DNA from: Tubiluchus corallicola
Lineage: Eukaryota > Animalia > Priapulida
Assembly (NCBI GenBank): GCA_030141605.1
Contig: JAQGDQ010001691.1
Coordinates: forward strand, 1-29,190
Direction of reading: 5' to 3'
Length of the DNA: 29,190 bases
Positions 26,329 to 29,190 of this stretch are shown piece after piece. The notes under the pieces were generated by a model. The model had not been told where the DNA came from, ran no database searches, and saw nothing but the letters and a program-made list of their open reading frames with translations. How positions within the stretch are numbered: position 1 is the stretch's first letter; each line of letters starts with the position of its first letter. The position numbers were made by a program, and so were the translations under genes.

Positions 26329-26380
26329 TAGATAGATAGATAGATATATAGATATAGATATAGATATATATATATATATA
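26209..26380. repeat. Compound microsatellite (TATC/TATGTC)n, (TA)n, (GATA)n
   Basis: Read directly. Preceded by AATAAA at ~26196, so possibly a retroelement tail. Confidence 0.9.
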
Positions 26381-26931
26381 AGCATGGAGGAATCATTTTG
26401 ACAAGGAATTCGTTCAATTTAGCTAAAATGTTATGTAATTGGTCTTTTTCTATGACATACACTAAGTTGTTCCATATGCCAAACTTAAAGAATTACATCT
26501 GGAATTTGGCACACCCCAAAAATGAATGATATAATTATATTGTCAGTGGTTCGCTATGTGATGTTACGTGTACGCATAGAAACAAGTGCATTAACAAGCT
26601 GGTAAATTCTATTTTACACCAGAAGCGTCATCTTGCATGTCATTTACATAATTATCTTACCATAATCAACGTCGGCATCATTATCTGTCGGAAACTCATT
26701 CCCGAAGTAAACAAATTAATATTTGCTCTGTATAAATAACTGTACAAAGTACTTAAAGAAAGAGTTCATAATTAATTCTGTAGTTTATTGTGCAAGTATG
26801 TATATAGGAAACTTGTCTTATCGCATCATTAACCGTGTCACTGTTTAATGAATAGACCTGGTATAAAGTTCGAGACAGGAAATAACTTGTTGAGAAAGAC
26901 GCGACGGCCGTGAAAGTTGACCGAGCAGCTC

Positions 26932-27686
26932 TTTCCCCACGTTAAGAGGCAAAACTATCTGTAAACTTAATATGTACAAACTGTAGTTAAAGGGAAGTTA
27001 GTTTTCCCCACGTTTAGAGGCAAAGCTATCTCTTAACTTAATATGTACAAACTGTAGTTAAAGGGAAGTAAAGTTTTCCCCACGTTTAGAGGCAAAGCTA
27101 TCTCTAAACTTAATATGTACTAACTGTAGTTAAAGGGAAGTAAAGTTTCCCCACGTTTAGATACAAAGCTGTCTCTTAACTTAATATGTACTAACTGTAG
27201 TTAAAGGGAAGTAAAGTTTTCCCCACGTTTAGAGGCAAAGCTATCTCTAAACTTAATATGTACTAACTGTAGTTAAAGGGAAGTAAAGTTTCCCCACGTT
27301 TAGAGACAAAGCTATCTCTTAACTTAATATGTACTAACTGTAGTTAAAGGGAAGTAAAGTTTTCCCCACGTTTAGAGGCAAAGCTATCTCTAAACTTAAT
27401 ATGTGCTAACTGTAGTTAAAGGGAAGTAAAGTTTTCCCACGTTTAGAGGCAAAGCTATCTCTAAGCTTAATATGTACTAACTGTAGTTAAAGGGAAGTAA
27501 AGTTTTCCCCACGTTTAGAGGCAAAGCTATCTCTAAACTTAATATGTACTAACTGTAGTTAAAGGGAAGTAAAGTTTCCCCACGTTTAGATACAAAGCTG
27601 TCTCTTAACTTAATATGTACTAACTGTAGTTAAAGGGAAGTAAAGTTTTCCCCACGTTTAGAGGCAAAGCTATCTCTAAACTTAAT
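26932..27686. repeat. Minisatellite, ~10.5 units of 71/72 bp
   Basis: CACG anchors at 26938, 27009, 27081, 27152, 27224, 27295, 27367, 27438, 27510, 27581 and 27653. Confidence 0.98.
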
Positions 27687-28878
27687 AAAGACACTGTAGG
27701 CGTCGCTATAGAAATTCCCATGATTAAATATTGAATTGGAAGATGTTGTGACGTCTACTAACCCTTACATATTTTCATTTACAGTTTGTGTGTCATGAAG
27801 TGATGATGTAAATAAGTCACACGGCAATGGACATCAAACACTAATGATACTTTTCGAGGTCAAACTTTGGATAAAAACGTTCAATGAAACGAAGAAAAAA
27901 AACAAATTCTATTCTTGTTTTCCACATCATCGTCATCGTCATCATTATTAATAACAACAACAACAGCAGCAATAAAAAACAAAACCAGCAACAGAACAGC
28001 AAACGAAACAAATTTTCAGTATTTTGCTAAATACACACAAAAGTTACTCGACAATACAATTATAACCTCCAAAGTGAAAATACTGCAGTCCATAATTCAG
28101 ATTCAGACAGAACGGCAAAACAAGTAAAGCTCCCTTGGTCAGAATATAACGAATTATGCAGAACGGTAATATTCACTTGCCATATCAGCTAAATACTACT
28201 TAAAGCACAAGAAACCCGGCACTTACATAAAGCTTAACAAATTCGTCTTGAAATTTTATACTGCTTACACACTGCCTTTTTGCATACATGGCTTGAGCGG
28301 CAGTAATGATGTATAAAACTTGAAAATTTAAACTCTTATAGGCGCAGCCATTTTGGTGGTAGGTTCTTTGAAAAAAAGTTTAGATAACAGATAAGTTTGA
28401 AAAAATAATCAAAGCATTTGTAGCATACAAGTTACTAAATCAGTAAAATTTTAAATTGCTGTATCTTATCAATAAGATTAAAAATATGATTTTTGGTTAG
28501 TGAGTGGCGCAGCCAGCGACATTTTACCAATTAGCACATTTTACCAATAACATTTTAAATTATTATTTCTAGTTACATAACTCTTCCCAGCAGGTAAGCG
28601 AGATGTTAAGTAATTGCATGGAAAGTTTTTTTGGGTCATGATTTAACGTTACCTTTTCTTCCCTGATTTACGTTTGCGTAGGTGACGTCATGTAATGGCG
28701 CCGTCGGAACAGTACAGCGGGAAATCTAAAATAAAAACAAACAAGCATTCTTTTTATCGCGGCTACGACATATGCATAAAATTGCTGTAAAGTAGTATAA
28801 TTTTTAGGCGATTTTTTTGAAAGCCCCTTAAGAAATATCAGTCAAATAAAGTCGCCGCACCTGGACAACCAAAAGAGA

Positions 28879-29190
28879 ATGAATAAGGAACTAATATTGA
28901 ATGCAAAAAATGGTCAGATTAAACGACCTCATGAATACTTGGGAGATTGTTTTAATAGCAAAAATAATTATCAGCTTATGTTTGAAAAAAGAAAAGATAA
29001 AATGAAATTTATGATTTTAGAAGTAATAAACATTAGTAATGAATCTAAAGTTGGAACTACTGTTACAGCTGTTCGGCTAAAGCTGTGCGAAAACACAGTA
29101 ATACCATCAATAATCAATAACGCTGAGACTTGGACCAATCTCACGAAATCAGAATTAGATAAATTAGAAAGCATACAAAAAGAAGTACTA
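28879..29190 (+). mobile_element. 5'-truncated non-LTR retrotransposon reverse-transcriptase fragment (C-terminal RT/thumb), running off the window
   Basis: Open frame absent from the ORF track: ...NGQIKRPHEYLGDCFNSKNNY..RKDK...RLKLCENTVIPSIINNAETWTNLTKSELDKLESIQKEVL. The YLG motif and the P-xxx-N-xETW...LExIQ pattern are typical of LINE RTs. Confidence 0.72.

Noticed and set aside
26932-27686. CRISPR-like array with palindromic repeats
   Set aside because: There are no unique spacers and no cas genes, and the context is eukaryotic. It is a head-to-tail minisatellite.

Overview
AT-rich, intron-containing animal (invertebrate-like) genomic DNA with no prokaryotic systems. Most of the ORF track is spurious, and the real genes had to be assembled from GT-AG exons. 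Contents: (1) A small family of SR splicing-factor genes. Copy C (- strand, 15004->9803) is complete: 6 exons, 175 aa, RRM + Gly/RGG + CCHC knuckle + short RS tail. Diverged paralog B (- strand, 5262->1282) is cut in exon 4 by a fold-back inverted duplication. The arm of that duplication (1-~1284) carries copy A, a near-identical + strand copy of B exons 1-2. B and C share a 12-nt microexon and a ~360-nt conserved, hairpin-containing putative poison exon. (2) CDCA7 (zf-4CXXC_R1) with an uninterrupted CDS, head-to-head with paralog B and with adjacent E2F and E-box sites. (3) A 4-exon secreted chitin-deacetylase-like gene (signal peptide, CBM14, LDLa, CE4; 516 aa) whose catalytic residues are mostly replaced. 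(4) Several MITEs, non-LTR retroelement remnants, a THAP fragment, a 71/72-bp satellite, a 189-bp tandem duplication and long microsatellites. The most notable candidate system is the SR-protein locus: poison exon, microexon, and a fold-back that could yield an RRM-only protein and long dsRNA. An assembly artefact must be excluded for the fold-back.
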